DNA of 64,000 nucleotides from Octopus sinensis (Eukaryota): contig NC_042999.1 of assembly GCF_006345805.1 (NCBI RefSeq), positions 105,462,001 to 105,526,000 on the forward strand, read 5' to 3'. The notes under the pieces are model-generated. The model worked only from the letters and a program-made list of their open reading frames with translations, did not search any database and was not told where the DNA came from. The translations under genes were made by a program, and so were the position numbers. Positions 13,311-25,091 of the stretch are shown piece by piece (within the stretch, counting starts at the first letter, position 1; each line of letters starts with the position of its first letter).

Positions 13311-13743
13311 TTGTGTTCAAACCGTCATATGATGCGTTCCAAATTTACCGGTAACTATAATATTCTACTGAGCACACAGGAGATGTATTAATGAACGATG
13401 AGTATATGTGCGCCCTAGTGATTTTTTGTGAAACTTGCTGAATATTCTTGCTGTACGTTATGAAAAGCAACTGATGTTTTAAATTTATGTTGATATAAAA
13501 CATTTTATACAATATTAATAGAAATGGCAGAGTCATGTAAGTCATTCAAAAATCTATGGAAAAAGATTAAATAGGAATATCTCTATAAAGATATATCCGC
13601 TCTAAATGGCTGAATTGTGACAAGTAGTTGCATACTTAGTTGTTTGTATTTGCTGCTTACCTGCAATCAAGCTGATACTGTAATCAAACCAGTCAGCCAT
13701 TTCCAGCTTCAGAATTAAGTATCTAAGATTACATTATAACATG

Positions 13744-13786
<43 letters not shown>

Positions 13787-14869
13787 GCACTCATACACAC
13801 ACACAAACACACACACACACACACTCGCATACACACAAACAAACATATAGCCATGTACACGCGCACACATATGTATAATGTTTAAGTTGGTAGCGGGGTA
13901 ATTTGAAGGGAATTTCAGTTCTATGTATTGCAGAATCTCCAATCACATACAGTTCCCCAGATAAAGATCAGTCATTAACAGATATAGCTGATATTTATCA
14001 TTGGATATGGAATGAAACATCGGTCATGATATAGTTTGTTTGTGTTTGTAAGTAGTAAATTTGGCAGACATAGACTATTTTCTTTAATATATACTGTATA
14101 GAGATCAAACAGATAAACATAATCTGTATATATTGGTTTAAGCAGGAAATAAATGGTTTGTAATGATAAATGTTGTGCGAAATATATTTCGCTAGGGTAT
14201 TTTATTGAATTTCTATGGATTACTTATACTTAGTAATGTTCAAAGCTACAAATATACATTGCCACAACATGAAAAATTGCCAATTTACTACCAAAAAGTT
14301 CTGTGGAGAATATACGGGGAATTTAGACATCCTATAAATTGTTGTTTGATCTTGAATTCATCACAACCAAACATATTTGAAAAAAGGTAAACCTTTGGTT
14401 GTATTGGTCTTATGAACATTGACAAATGTGGAATATATGGGAGTATAGGTATTTTGTTTGGGGCTAAAATGGGCTCAAACAAAAAAAAAACCAAGTTGCT
14501 CATATATTAAGTATGATATGAGAAATATTATAAGTCATAATACATAGTATTTTAATGTTGGTATCACGTTACTTGATAATATGAGTTCCTGTCCTGTGCA
14601 GAATACATATAATACAATCAACATATTATGCACTTAGCAAATATATAATCGTTCATCCCAAATCAAAGACCCCTATACTACTACGCCTTTTATGATAATT
14701 ATTATTAATATGTCTTCATTGAAAGTGGATTGAAAGAAGTTAGTGTTGAAAAGAAAATTTCCTGATGTATGTACCTAATGATCTGAGTTTGCATTTCGTC
14801 GATGGTGGGGAATTGTTAACTAATTACTAAACTTGTCTCCTGAAAGTCGTTTCCAATAGTATTTGCGAC

Positions 14870-14910
<41 letters not shown>

Positions 14911-15485
14911 TCTGGAAGAAAATTCATTTGTATTTAAGCTGCGTGAACGCCAAATGTTGAAGCATAGATACTAAATGACGGACCTTAAGCAAGATTTTTC
15001 CCGGCTAATAATCAACAGAGAATCACAGCTGTCACAAATAACCAACTTAAATCAGTTGCATAACATTATCATCGATGACGGCCACAAAAATGCTTCTTCA
15101 CTACCACCAATACCAATTTAATTTTCTGCTCTCTTTTACTTTCCAAATTAGATTCACTAGCCGTAATGTGTTCTACATTAGAGGCATCACCTTTTTTCTT
15201 GAAATTATCATATCAAATTCTGGCTCTTTTTTGATTTACCGTTGTTTTTATTGGCTCATTATGCCAATTCTGATCCTCGATTTATTCACACATGTGTTTT
15301 TCCATTTTAAGCATTTACTTGAAAAAATAAGGTCCGGATACTTTACCGAGCAGTTTATTGATCACTTGACATAATTTTTTCCCTGTTGTCACGAATTTTC
15401 CCCACTGTAGATGTTGTAGGATTTAATGTTTTAGCAACATGCCTTAGTTTTACTTCCGCGGCGATGACTTATCCAATATATATAT

Positions 15486-15529
<44 letters not shown>

Positions 15530-15541
15530 TATATATATATA

Positions 15542-15584
<43 letters not shown>

Positions 15585-15599
15585 TAGTAGATGCACACT

Positions 15600-16150
15600 G
15601 CATCGACAACAGATTGCATTCCAGAATACAGAATGATACCTTTTAGTGAGCACATTGAGAAATGCGCAAAGCAACTACTACCACAATTTTTAATATTTCC
15701 ATTTTACCAATGTGCTATCGGATCATCAACACAAATTAGACTAAACAAGGAAACATTCTTCATTGAAAAGTACAAGCCCAAACTTAACCATTCCAACATA
15801 CTGATACAAAGAAATTCACACCAAGGGAAAGGAAAACATTTTTAAGCGATTATCTCCCTTACACTGGAAGAAATCACTCATTACCTCCCCTTATTTAGAA
15901 CTCTTTTGAACATAAACATAACGATAACTCTATTCAACATAAACATAACGTCGTAAGAAATTTGAAAAGCTAAATGCGAAACCGGTCTTTCTTCAAAACT
16001 ATGTCCTTATAAGAGAAAACATTTTTTTAATATTCTTCAGACATATTGACGCAAATATATATTTTGTAACATTTAAGTCTTCTGTAGTTTTTTCACTTTT
16101 TACTATTTTCTATATATTCAACCACGTGCTTTCACAAACCAACTTTCTTA
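15600..16150 (+). mobile_element. 5'-truncated Penelope-like element: GIY-YIG C-terminus plus 3' tail
   Basis: PEYRMIPFSEHIEKCAKQLLPQFLIFPFYQC...RLNKETFFIEKYKPKLN is homologous to the end of the 37968 ORF. Same family as 44578-45434. Confidence 0.85.
15955..15993 (+). ncRNA. Minimal type I hammerhead variant (U3-A8 core)
   Basis: aagaaa-t | TTGAAAA | gc-taaat-gc | GAAA | CCGG, giving palindrome ACCGGT | TC | tttctt. Stem I has one unpaired U compared with the 45255 copy. Confidence 0.6.
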
Positions 16151-16172
16151 TCTATATCTATCTATCTATCTA

Positions 16173-16230
<58 letters not shown>

Positions 16231-16449
16231 TTAAAATAACTAAGTCTCTCTAAAAGAGAACAGCGGCAGCGTTCCCGGAAAATAATGGTTATCGCCATAC
16301 TAATATGGCATTCTTATAAAAATAAGAAAAAAGCTGTCCGCTTATTAGCTCCATGAGGCCATCGCCTTACGTTAGCTATTGATACACAAACTGTATCCAT
16401 ATAACCTTCGAACAAGGGAGGTCAGTCGCTCCACACTACTTGACCGGCA

Positions 16450-16491
16450 GCTACAGACGCGTTTCGGGGTATTGCCCCTTTTCAATGCAGC
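16450..16491 (-). ncRNA. Type I hammerhead variant, monomer 1
   Basis: Minus strand: gctgca | TTGAAAA | gggg-caata-cccc | GAAA | CGCG, giving palindrome ACGCGT | TC | tgtagc. Stem I is 6 bp with one G-U; GUC triplet. Confidence 0.8.
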
Positions 16492-16810
16492 GTAGACAGC
16501 CAGTAGGTGTCGCTTCCGACAATCTCTGTTCGATGGTTTTTTTACCTAGTTTCGGTGGAATACATCCACTTGTTTTCAATAATAGAAATATTAAAATAAC
16601 TAAGTCTCTCTAAAAGAGAACAGCGGCAGCGTTCCCGGAAAATAATAGTTATCGCCATACTAATATGGCATTTTTATAAAAATAAGAAAAAAGCTGTCCG
16701 CTTATTAGCTCCATGAGGCCATCGCCTTAAGTTAGCTATTTGATACACAAACTGTATCCATATAACCTTCGAACAAGGGAGGTCAGTCGCTCCACACTAC
16801 TTGACCGGCA

Positions 16811-16852
16811 GCTACAGACGCGTTTCGGGGTATTGCCCCTTTTCAATGCAGC
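16811..16852 (-). ncRNA. Type I hammerhead variant, monomer 2
   Basis: Identical motif 361 nt from the first. Confidence 0.8.
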
Positions 16853-17125
16853 GTAGCCAGCCAGTAGGTGTCGCTTCCGACAATCTCTGTTCGATGGTTT
16901 TATTTACCTAGTTTCGGTGGAATACATCCACTTGTTTTCAATAATAGAAATATTAAAATAACTAAGTCTCTCTAAAAGAGAACAGCGGCAGCGTTCCCGG
17001 AAAATAATAGTTATCGCCATACTAATATGGCATTCTTATAAAAATAAGAAAAAAGCTGTCCGCTTATTAGCTCCATGAGGCCATCGCCTTAAGTTAGCTA
17101 TTTGATACACAAACTGGCTGGCTAC

Positions 17126-17167
17126 GCTGCATTGAAAAGGGGCAATACCCCGAAACGCGTCTGTAGC
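17126..17167 (+). ncRNA. Type I hammerhead variant, inverted copy
   Basis: gctgcattgaaaaggggcaataccccgaaacgcgtctgtagc read directly on the plus strand. Confidence 0.8.
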
Positions 17168-17330
17168 TGCCGGTCAAGTAGTGTGGAGCGACTGACCTCC
17201 CTTGTTCGAAGGTTATATGGATACAGTTTGTGTATCAAATAGCTAACTTAAGGCGATGGCCTCATGGAGCTAATAAGCGGACAGTTTTTTTCTTATTTTT
17301 ATAAGAATGCCATATTAGTATGGCGATAAC

Positions 17331-17388
<58 letters not shown>

Positions 17389-17459
17389 AATACCTATACA
17401 TATATGTGTGTATATCTGCGTCTGTATATATTTATGCGTGAGTGCTTGTGTTTGTGCGT

Positions 17460-17501
<42 letters not shown>

Positions 17502-17531
17502 TACACAACATATAAACAAGCACACACGCAT

Positions 17532-17568
<37 letters not shown>

Positions 17569-17666
17569 ACGGGAAGCTTTATGAAAATAAACAAAAGACG
17601 AAGGCAGGTGGAAAACAAACGAACAATTGTATTAGTATGGCGCTCAGGAAATATAAATAAAACAAG

Positions 17667-17704
17667 TCTTTAACGTTTCGAGCCTACGCTCTTCAACAGA
17701 AAGA
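17667..17704 (-). ncRNA. Minimal type I hammerhead variant (CUGUUGAA core)
   Basis: Minus strand: tcttt | CTGTTGAA | gagc-gtag-gctc | GAAA | CG, giving palindrome ACGT | TT | aaaga. Confidence 0.6.
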
Positions 17705-17889
17705 TACACAGAGAGAGAAAAACACAGAAAGAAGGAGAGAAAAAAAATGCGTGCAGTAGCTAACGAATCAACATGGCGATCTGATTTCGGCCAGAGGTCA
17801 AAGATCAAACATGAGACGCGAGAGCGAAATAAGGGGAGATAATAGGGTTGATAAAAGGGGTTGAGGACCAGCTAAAAGTGCGTGGGAGG

Positions 17890-18220
17890 GGTCTGGATGT
17901 GTGTATGTATAGGGTTGGTGTATGTATTAGTATGTATAAGGGTGTGTGTGTGTGTGTGTGTGTGGTGTGTGTATGAGAGAGTATTAGTGCGTAGGATTGG
18001 TCTGGACGTGCGTATGTATGGGGTTGGTGTATGTATTAGTATGTATTAGTATGTATTAGTACGTATTGGTATGTATAGGTGTGTGTGTGTGTGAGAGAGT
18101 ATAAGTGCGTATGCGGGGTCTGGACGTGTGTATGTATAGGGTTGGTGTAAGTATTAGTATGTACTAGTATGTATTAGTATGTATTAGTATGTATTAGTTG
18201 GTGTGTGTATTAGTATGGCA
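17890..18220. repeat. Nested minisatellite in the PLE 3' UTR
   Basis: Three ~110-118-nt units starting (g)tctgga(t/c)gtg, each with a variable number of gtattagtat decamers. Confidence 0.8.
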
Positions 18221-20200
18221 CATCATATGTGATGTGATGTGTAAAGTCATGTGGTGTAGTGAGGAGAAGAGGGGGAGGGGGAGAAGGGGAGGGGAAGAAG
18301 AGGGGGGAGAAGGGGGAAGAGGAGAGGATGGGGGAGAAGGAAGGGGAGAGAGGGAGCAGAGGGAAGGGGAAGAGGGAGGGAGAAAGAGGGAAGAAGGGAA
18401 GGGGAGTAGGGGTGAAAGGATGAAGGACTGAAGAAGTGGGGGTCGGGGGGAGAAAGGATAGGTGAGGAGGGGGGAGGGGGTTAGATGAGGAGGGGGGGAG
18501 AGTTGAGACCAAATGGCGTATAAGAGCGAAGAGAGAAGATTAATTCCTGTTCACGGCGCAAACGGGAATCCGGATGGCCTCTGTGTAAGGACAAACGAAC
18601 ACAGATAGGTGTTGCAAGGAGTGACCGGTGGAGCGGAAATGGCGTGAGACCGGTGTGTCGTTCGCAAGGTGGATGTCACGAAGGTGTTCCGCGAACCGGT
18701 CAGCCAAGCGGCGTCCCGTTTGTCCGATGTACAAGGAATTGCAGAGAGAACAAGAGATGCAATAGATAATATTGCTGGAGGTGCAGGTGAAGGAGTGGAT
18801 GATGGGATAGGGTCGATGGTGGGTGCTAGTGAGGCGGGTGGTGTTGGAGAGGTAAGGGCAAGTGCGGCAACGTGGGCGGGAGCAGGGGAACGAGCCGGGT
18901 TGGGAGGTAGGGTCAGGGAAGGAGCTATGGACCAAAAGGTCTCGAAGGTTGTGGGCTCGTTTGAAAGAGGGAAGGGGTCGGTTAGGGAAGAGGTGTGAAG
19001 TGGACGGGTCGGACTGGAGATGACGGAAAGCTCGAAGAATGGTGCGTTGGAGACGTAGGGTCGTGGGGTGGTAAGTGAGGGGAAAAGGGAGGCGGGAGAC
19101 TACAGGGCGGGTTCGGGGAGAGAGAGCAGATACACGGTCCACGGACCGTGCTCTGGCAAGGGCGGTGTGGATAGTGGTAAGGGGGTATCCACGTAGGGTG
19201 AAGTGGTGAGCCATACGTTGAGACTGAGTCTCAAAGTCATGGTCGTCACTACAGAGCCTACGTAGACGGAGGAATTGGGAATAGGGGATGGAAAGCTTGG
19301 TGTGTTCTGGGTGGGAGGAAGAGAAGTTGAGGTATGAGTGTGAGTCTGTGTGTTTGTAGTGAATGGAGGTGGTAAGAGTGGAGTGAAGAATGCTAACCGA
19401 TATATATATATATATATATATATAAGTATATATAGGTATACACACCCATATATATATTTGAAAAAAGAAAAGAATGACTCCAATTTGACGTTTTAAGAAT
19501 ATAATTTTGCAATGTGGTTTGTTGACTTCGGCGGGGAGATTTCCTAAATATTCTTTGATAAATTATCTGGAAAACATTCTCGCGTTCTTTGGTGGCGATT
19601 GTTGTGATGTGTGAGTCTACATATTACAGATTTGTGTGTGTTTGTGGGGTTGGAAGTTGTTAATATATATGGGAGTGAAGGTGTGTTGATGAACAAGCGC
19701 TGAATGAAGATGGTGAATGGTAAAAAGAAGATATTTGATTGAGAGTGGAGTCGGGAAATGGTGGGGTTTTTCAGGAGTTTTTTATGAAGGGCTTGTGAAA
19801 GAGCTCTCCTGCTGGTTCCGTTTGAATAGCTGACCTTTGGTGAAAATATAATGATCAGATATTTTTCAAATTCAGTTCTTATTGCTGAATCAACACTCTT
19901 AATTTCATAAACATAAACTTCTATAATTTTCTACGTTAAAGATGAGTTTGAGTGTGTGTCTTGTTAATGAGGATAAAAAGCGGAGATAAATAGCAGAGAT
20001 AAAAGGAATAAGGTTAGTTTTGAAATCTTTGTAGAGAGAAATGTAATTGTTAATATCGCTTTGGGAGGGGAGTTGGGGAGATCATGCTAGCTCACATATT
20101 TACTTCCCTACATATAAACATACAAAAAGTATAGATCCATACATATATACACATATACACACATACATGCATATACATTTATACATATACACACGCATAT

Positions 20201-20259
<59 letters not shown>

Positions 20260-20589
20260 AGTATATATATACATACTCACATGCATATATACACGCATAT
20301 ACATATGCTTCTACATATGTACATATAGACATACAATCATATATATGGATACACATATACATACATACACACATACATATAGTTTCTAGTTCATAAGTAC
20401 CCATATATTTGCACATGCATTCACACCGGTATATTTATATGTACCTACATACACATGCATATGTACACACACATTAGTATACGTATCTATACTACTCAAG
20501 TATTTAAACTCACATATACATTGGGTGAGGGGGGTTTAGTGAAATGGTAGTGTACCTCCTAGTACACTGTCATCCACTTCTATTTGTAT

Positions 20590-22450
20590 ATATGCATATT
20601 TTTTGTCGAAAATTACGCCTACTGAAAAACGAAAAGAATTTCAATCCCCTGCTAAATAGCGACAGGCACCTGGAAGAATATATAACCTGCCTACAACGAT
20701 CACGACAGTCAAATGTCGCAGAGTCGAAACACAAACCCAACATTCCTAGAGAGCAATTGATATATGTTTACAAACTACAAAAATCTCCCCAATAATCATA
20801 AAAGATGCTGGCAAAGGAGGAGCAATCACCATCATGGACAAAAATCACTATAAAGATAAAAGTCTAGAACAGTTGAATAACAAGGGTTTCTAAAGGTAAA
20901 ACGACAAATACGGAGACAGAAGTTCGATGATTCGAATAGGTAACCTGACGACAAAGTACCAAAATTACCTCACTCTTAAGGAAATCAATTATTTAACCAA
21001 CTTCGAAATGAAAACCAGCAATTTTCATGGAGTAGCGAAAGTTGACAAATTCAAAGAAATGCAGAAACAACATAAAAGGCAAAAATACATCATATTTTGA
21101 AATACCAAAACAGACGGATTTAAAATTACGCCCAATTGTTGCTGGTCGAGCCTCAAACACACAACGTCGAAGCAACTTAAGCTGAAGCGATAGACATTCC
21201 AGTGACTACATTGAGAAAAACAAATCAACAGCATAAAAAAGGAAAAACTCTTATCCCTTTTGTCGTCACTCAGAACCCTATCATTCTGAAACCCCTATAT
21301 AAAAAAGTACTAAGCTGTATCAAAGATGATATGGAATTCCTGAACTATATCCCAAGACAAACCTTGGTCAGCTTTGACGTACACCAAGACAAACTTTAGT
21401 CAGCTTTGACGGAAAAGCTAATATACTAACATTCCCCAAGACTTAGGAGTTGAAGTTGTTGACGTCTGGATTACAAAACACCTAGATTAAATTTCAGAGT
21501 GTTTCCCGAAAGAGTTTATTTTAGAAGGGTTTTGATAACGAACTGCATTTACAAGAAACGACCCTGGATACCAAAGTAGCCCCAGCAAATGCAGGACTCA
21601 TTATGGGTTACCTAGAAGCAAAAATATATTCCCAGCTGCAGGAAACGTTCAGTAATAACTTCGCCACCTACATTAATAACGACTGGAGACGTTACCAAGG
21701 CGATTACTTCATCGACTGGGATAGAAGCCAAGACGACATGCAAATATTCAATTCCATCATGAAGAGGCTTCACGACGTAGTACACACTCCTCACATACCA
21801 ACAGGAACATTACCGTTAACATAGCAAGACGCCTTTATACCATAGTAACACACTCCACACTTCAGGAAAAGATTATATGAACAAAAATGGATATAAAAGG
21901 TAAGAATATTCGGCGAATCTCATCAATACGACAATCGCCAAGGTCCTGAACATTATAATGACCACATTGAGAAAAAAAAAACCAACAGCATAAAAAGGAG
22001 AAAAAAAAACAGTTATCCCTTTTGTCGTCACTCACTACCCAAGGAACTTCAACATTATGAAGGCCGCCAAAGAATATCTCTCAAAGAATATCTCTGAAGG
22101 CATTCATAAAACACTTACAAATAGTATTTGGGAAATGTCAAGCACCCCACCTAAAAGTCAATGCAAACATGAATTGCATAACGAAAAACTTGATTTATTG
22201 TACAGCTTGCCCACGATGTAAAGAGTACAATCTGGTGGAACACGGAACGGTACTACATGACAAGGTTCGTGTACATAAACATCAAATTAGACACCCTCGA
22301 TCCGAAACACCACTTGAACAACACTTAACATTATGCAGAAAAGTAAAACTCACAATCTTCCCCCTCTTTAAGTTATGGTCGGAGAACGAACATTTCCCGA
22401 AATATTAAGTAGAATTATTCATTAGAAAGTAGAAAAGACTACTAAACACA
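20590..22450 (+). mobile_element. Heavily degraded Penelope-like element (RT to GIY-YIG)
   Basis: Fragments RKLRL, IIKDAGKGGAITIMD, TLVSFD...LYTNIP, GTKVAPANAGLIMGYLE, WRRYQGDYFIDW and NLIYCTACPRC are collinear with the 37968 ORF. Many stops and frameshifts. Confidence 0.85.
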
Positions 22451-22926
22451 AAAATGATGTCCCACTCCCCTTAATGGGGCTCTCTCTTTGTTTGAAAAAA
22501 GACATGCGTATATCCAAAGAGAAGTGGAATACACAAACCCTTTCAATCATTCGATCGTACCTCGGGAGCACACAACCATTTCACTAATCCCACTCCCCCT
22601 TATATATATGGCAACTTAAATACTTGAGCAGTGTAGATACGTATATATGTCTGTATGGGTGTACGTATCCATGTCTATGTAGGGATATAGAAATATACAG
22701 GTGTGACTGCATGTGCAAATATATGGGTACGCATGAATAAGAAAATATATACGTGTGTGTATACATGGATATGTATATATATATATATATATATTGTGAA
22801 ATAGAAAGATGAATAATCTTGTTGCAGATTAATCAAAAGTTTGGCCATGGCTCTTAGGAGCCTCGTTCGATTTGTTTTGCTCCGCCTCTGCTCTGTTTTT
22901 GTTTTTTCCAACGGATTTCCTATTTC

Positions 22927-23006
22927 TTCCTGAAGAGAAAGACACAATATGGTCTCCTTATTCAATCGGAATTTGGTAAATTGTGCCTTTCGAAACACGT
23001 GTAGAA
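22927..23006 (+). ncRNA. Type I hammerhead motif, canonical core, long stem II
   Basis: ttc | CTGAAGA (22930-22936) | gaaag-a-cacaat...attgtg-c-ctttc | GAAA (22992-22995) | CACGTG, giving palindrome ACACGTGT | TA | gaa. Lies in a ~260-nt segment between two (TA)n tracts; stem I is only 3 bp. Confidence 0.65.
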
Positions 23007-23061
23007 TGCAATAAAACGATTTCTGTTCAATCTTCGTTCAACTCCATTTCTTCAATTCACT

Positions 23062-23101
<40 letters not shown>

Positions 23102-23288
23102 ACATACGTATGTGTATGTATATATGTTTATATATGCGTGTATACATATATATGTATGTATATATGCGCATATATATATATATATGTATACGTATATATA
23201 TATATATATGTATACGTATATATGCATGTACGTATATATGTATATATGCATGTATGCAAATATGTATACATATATGTATGTATACATG

Positions 23289-23335
<47 letters not shown>

Positions 23336-24015
23336 GCATATATATGTATGTATGTATGTATTTAAAATAAAAAATAAGGGTGAAAAAATTGGATATTAAT
23401 TTAATAACACCAATTTAACACCAAGTGGTTTAGCGCATAAAAACTGAGATTCAGTAAATATTAATACACAAATATAAGAGAGAATCCACTATGTAGACGC
23501 TCTTGGGTTCTCAAGAAAAATTAGCACAACTATGAACGTAAGCGAGCAGGACAAATGAAAAATATTAAAAAATGTAGATTAACACTAGACAATTGTTTCA
23601 CTGTTAATAAATTATGCAAATTTACTTACACAATCTCATGCACGCACATGTGTTGGCTTACATGTTGATATTCACTGTAGCCAGTTGGATTCAAAAGTTA
23701 GTGGTTGATAGTGGTGATGATGTGGGCTGCATTGGCCTAGATATTACTGATGGTGGGCGTGCATTGTTGGTAGTGCGGTGGTCATAATATTCTTGCTAGT
23801 TATATTGTAGTTATTTAGTCACAAGTCGATCCTATTAAACCTAAGTTCAAAGGCATTCCATTCAACTACTAAAATACATTACGCTACTACGCTATATGTC
23901 TTTCTTTAGAATGGATTTCCCGATAAACTTCATATGTATTACTGTCGTGGTAAGTGGTTGTGTTCGCATCGAGGATAAAACAAACACGCAACATACATAA
24001 ATACATACATGTTCA

Positions 24016-24091
<76 letters not shown>

Positions 24092-24797
24092 TTATATATA
24101 TTCATATTATGTACGTTATATACTCACGTGTGTATGTGTGAGACGTATGTGTGTGCATGTATGTATGGAATGTATTGATAGTTTTTCAAAGCGTTAACTA
24201 CATACTTTGATCTTCACTAAAACATGAGTGGTCATTAAGCTTAGAAGAAAGTGTACTTTTAAATTGTCAACAAATTTAAAGCTACCTAATATGACTTTCC
24301 GTAGAACGAAATTACAGACTGTATCCAGAAATCATTAATCGGACTATAAAATTTCAGTAAGTGCAAAAGACCGTGACCAAAGGGCACCGTTACACAGGGT
24401 TGTGTATACCTACATGCATACATACACACACACGTATATATATGTGTATGTATATATATTTATATATTTATATATATATATATACATATATATATATACA
24501 GACAGACAGACAGACACACGCACACACACAAACACACACACATATATGAGAGGTATTAGTATCTAGATGACCCAAAGACTGTCGGGTAACGTTAAGTAAG
24601 TACTATGGATAGGCCATGGTTAAACTCTTGTTTCGATACTGAAATGAGTGAGGAGACTAAAGTAGGTCTTGTATTACCATACATATATATATTAGACAGA
24701 TTGAGATAATAAATCCAAGGCTGTGAGGAGTTTTCAGGATATTTGTAATGCAATAGACTTACAGCTGTTTCGGAGATATTATGGATGTTCCTACATC

Positions 24798-24868
<71 letters not shown>

Positions 24869-25001
24869 ATGTGTGTGTGTGTGTAGAACAGTGTCTTCAA
24901 ATAAGGGAAGATAGAATAGACGATATGTATATATTTATATATCTATATTATATGCTGACACAGCTGTATATACGTAGTATGTACACACCCACATACACCC
25001 C

Positions 25002-25034
<33 letters not shown>

Positions 25035-25091
25035 CGTACACGCGTAGATATATGCATACAAGAATATATGTATACGCACAATTATACACAT

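Larger units (their letters stand above)
16222..17333 (-). mobile_element. Non-coding hammerhead-bearing tandem repeat (retrozyme-like / non-autonomous PLE tail array) with terminal inversion
   Basis: Units start at 16222, 16582 and 16944 (period 360-362; only a few substitutions seen). The third unit stops at 17116 and is followed by an inverted partial copy at 17113-17333. (TA)n on both sides; no ORF. Confidence 0.85.
17566..19400 (-). mobile_element. 5'-truncated Penelope-like element (RT thumb, GIY-YIG endonuclease, 3' UTR with hammerhead variant)
   Basis: ORF 18540-19445 contains HYKHTDSHSYL, PCSRPRCRTCPY, NIIYCISCSLCNSLYIGQTGRRLADRFAEH and PVSRHF. After a frameshift near 18600 it continues RREQELIFSLRSYTPFGLN. 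(TA)n on both sides. Confidence 0.92.

Noticed and set aside
14205-14392. Possible host exon ending in aaag/GTAAAC
   Set aside because: The translation has no recognisable homology, the acceptor is unclear and no neighbouring exons were found.
16222-17116. Regular repeats as a possible CRISPR array or satellite
   Set aside because: The units are ~361-nt near-identical monomers with no unique spacers and no cas genes, in a eukaryotic context.
17624-17643. attagtatggcg shared between the 361-nt monomer and the adjacent PLE tail
   Set aside because: Only ~12 nt, and in opposite orientation relative to each hammerhead, so insufficient to claim a shared signal.
18669-18998. 109-aa Gly/Ala-rich plus-strand ORF
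   Set aside because: Antisense shadow of the GC-rich PLE ORF.
19450-20030. Possible PLE 5' region upstream of the 18540 ORF
   Set aside because: It is separated by (TA)n, differs in composition and shows no recognisable protein motifs.
23585-23640. Minus-strand GAAA-CAATTG-TC, the 3' half of a hammerhead
   Set aside because: No recognisable CUGANGA or UUGANAA core or stem II upstream. Probably a decayed or truncated relic, so it was not counted.
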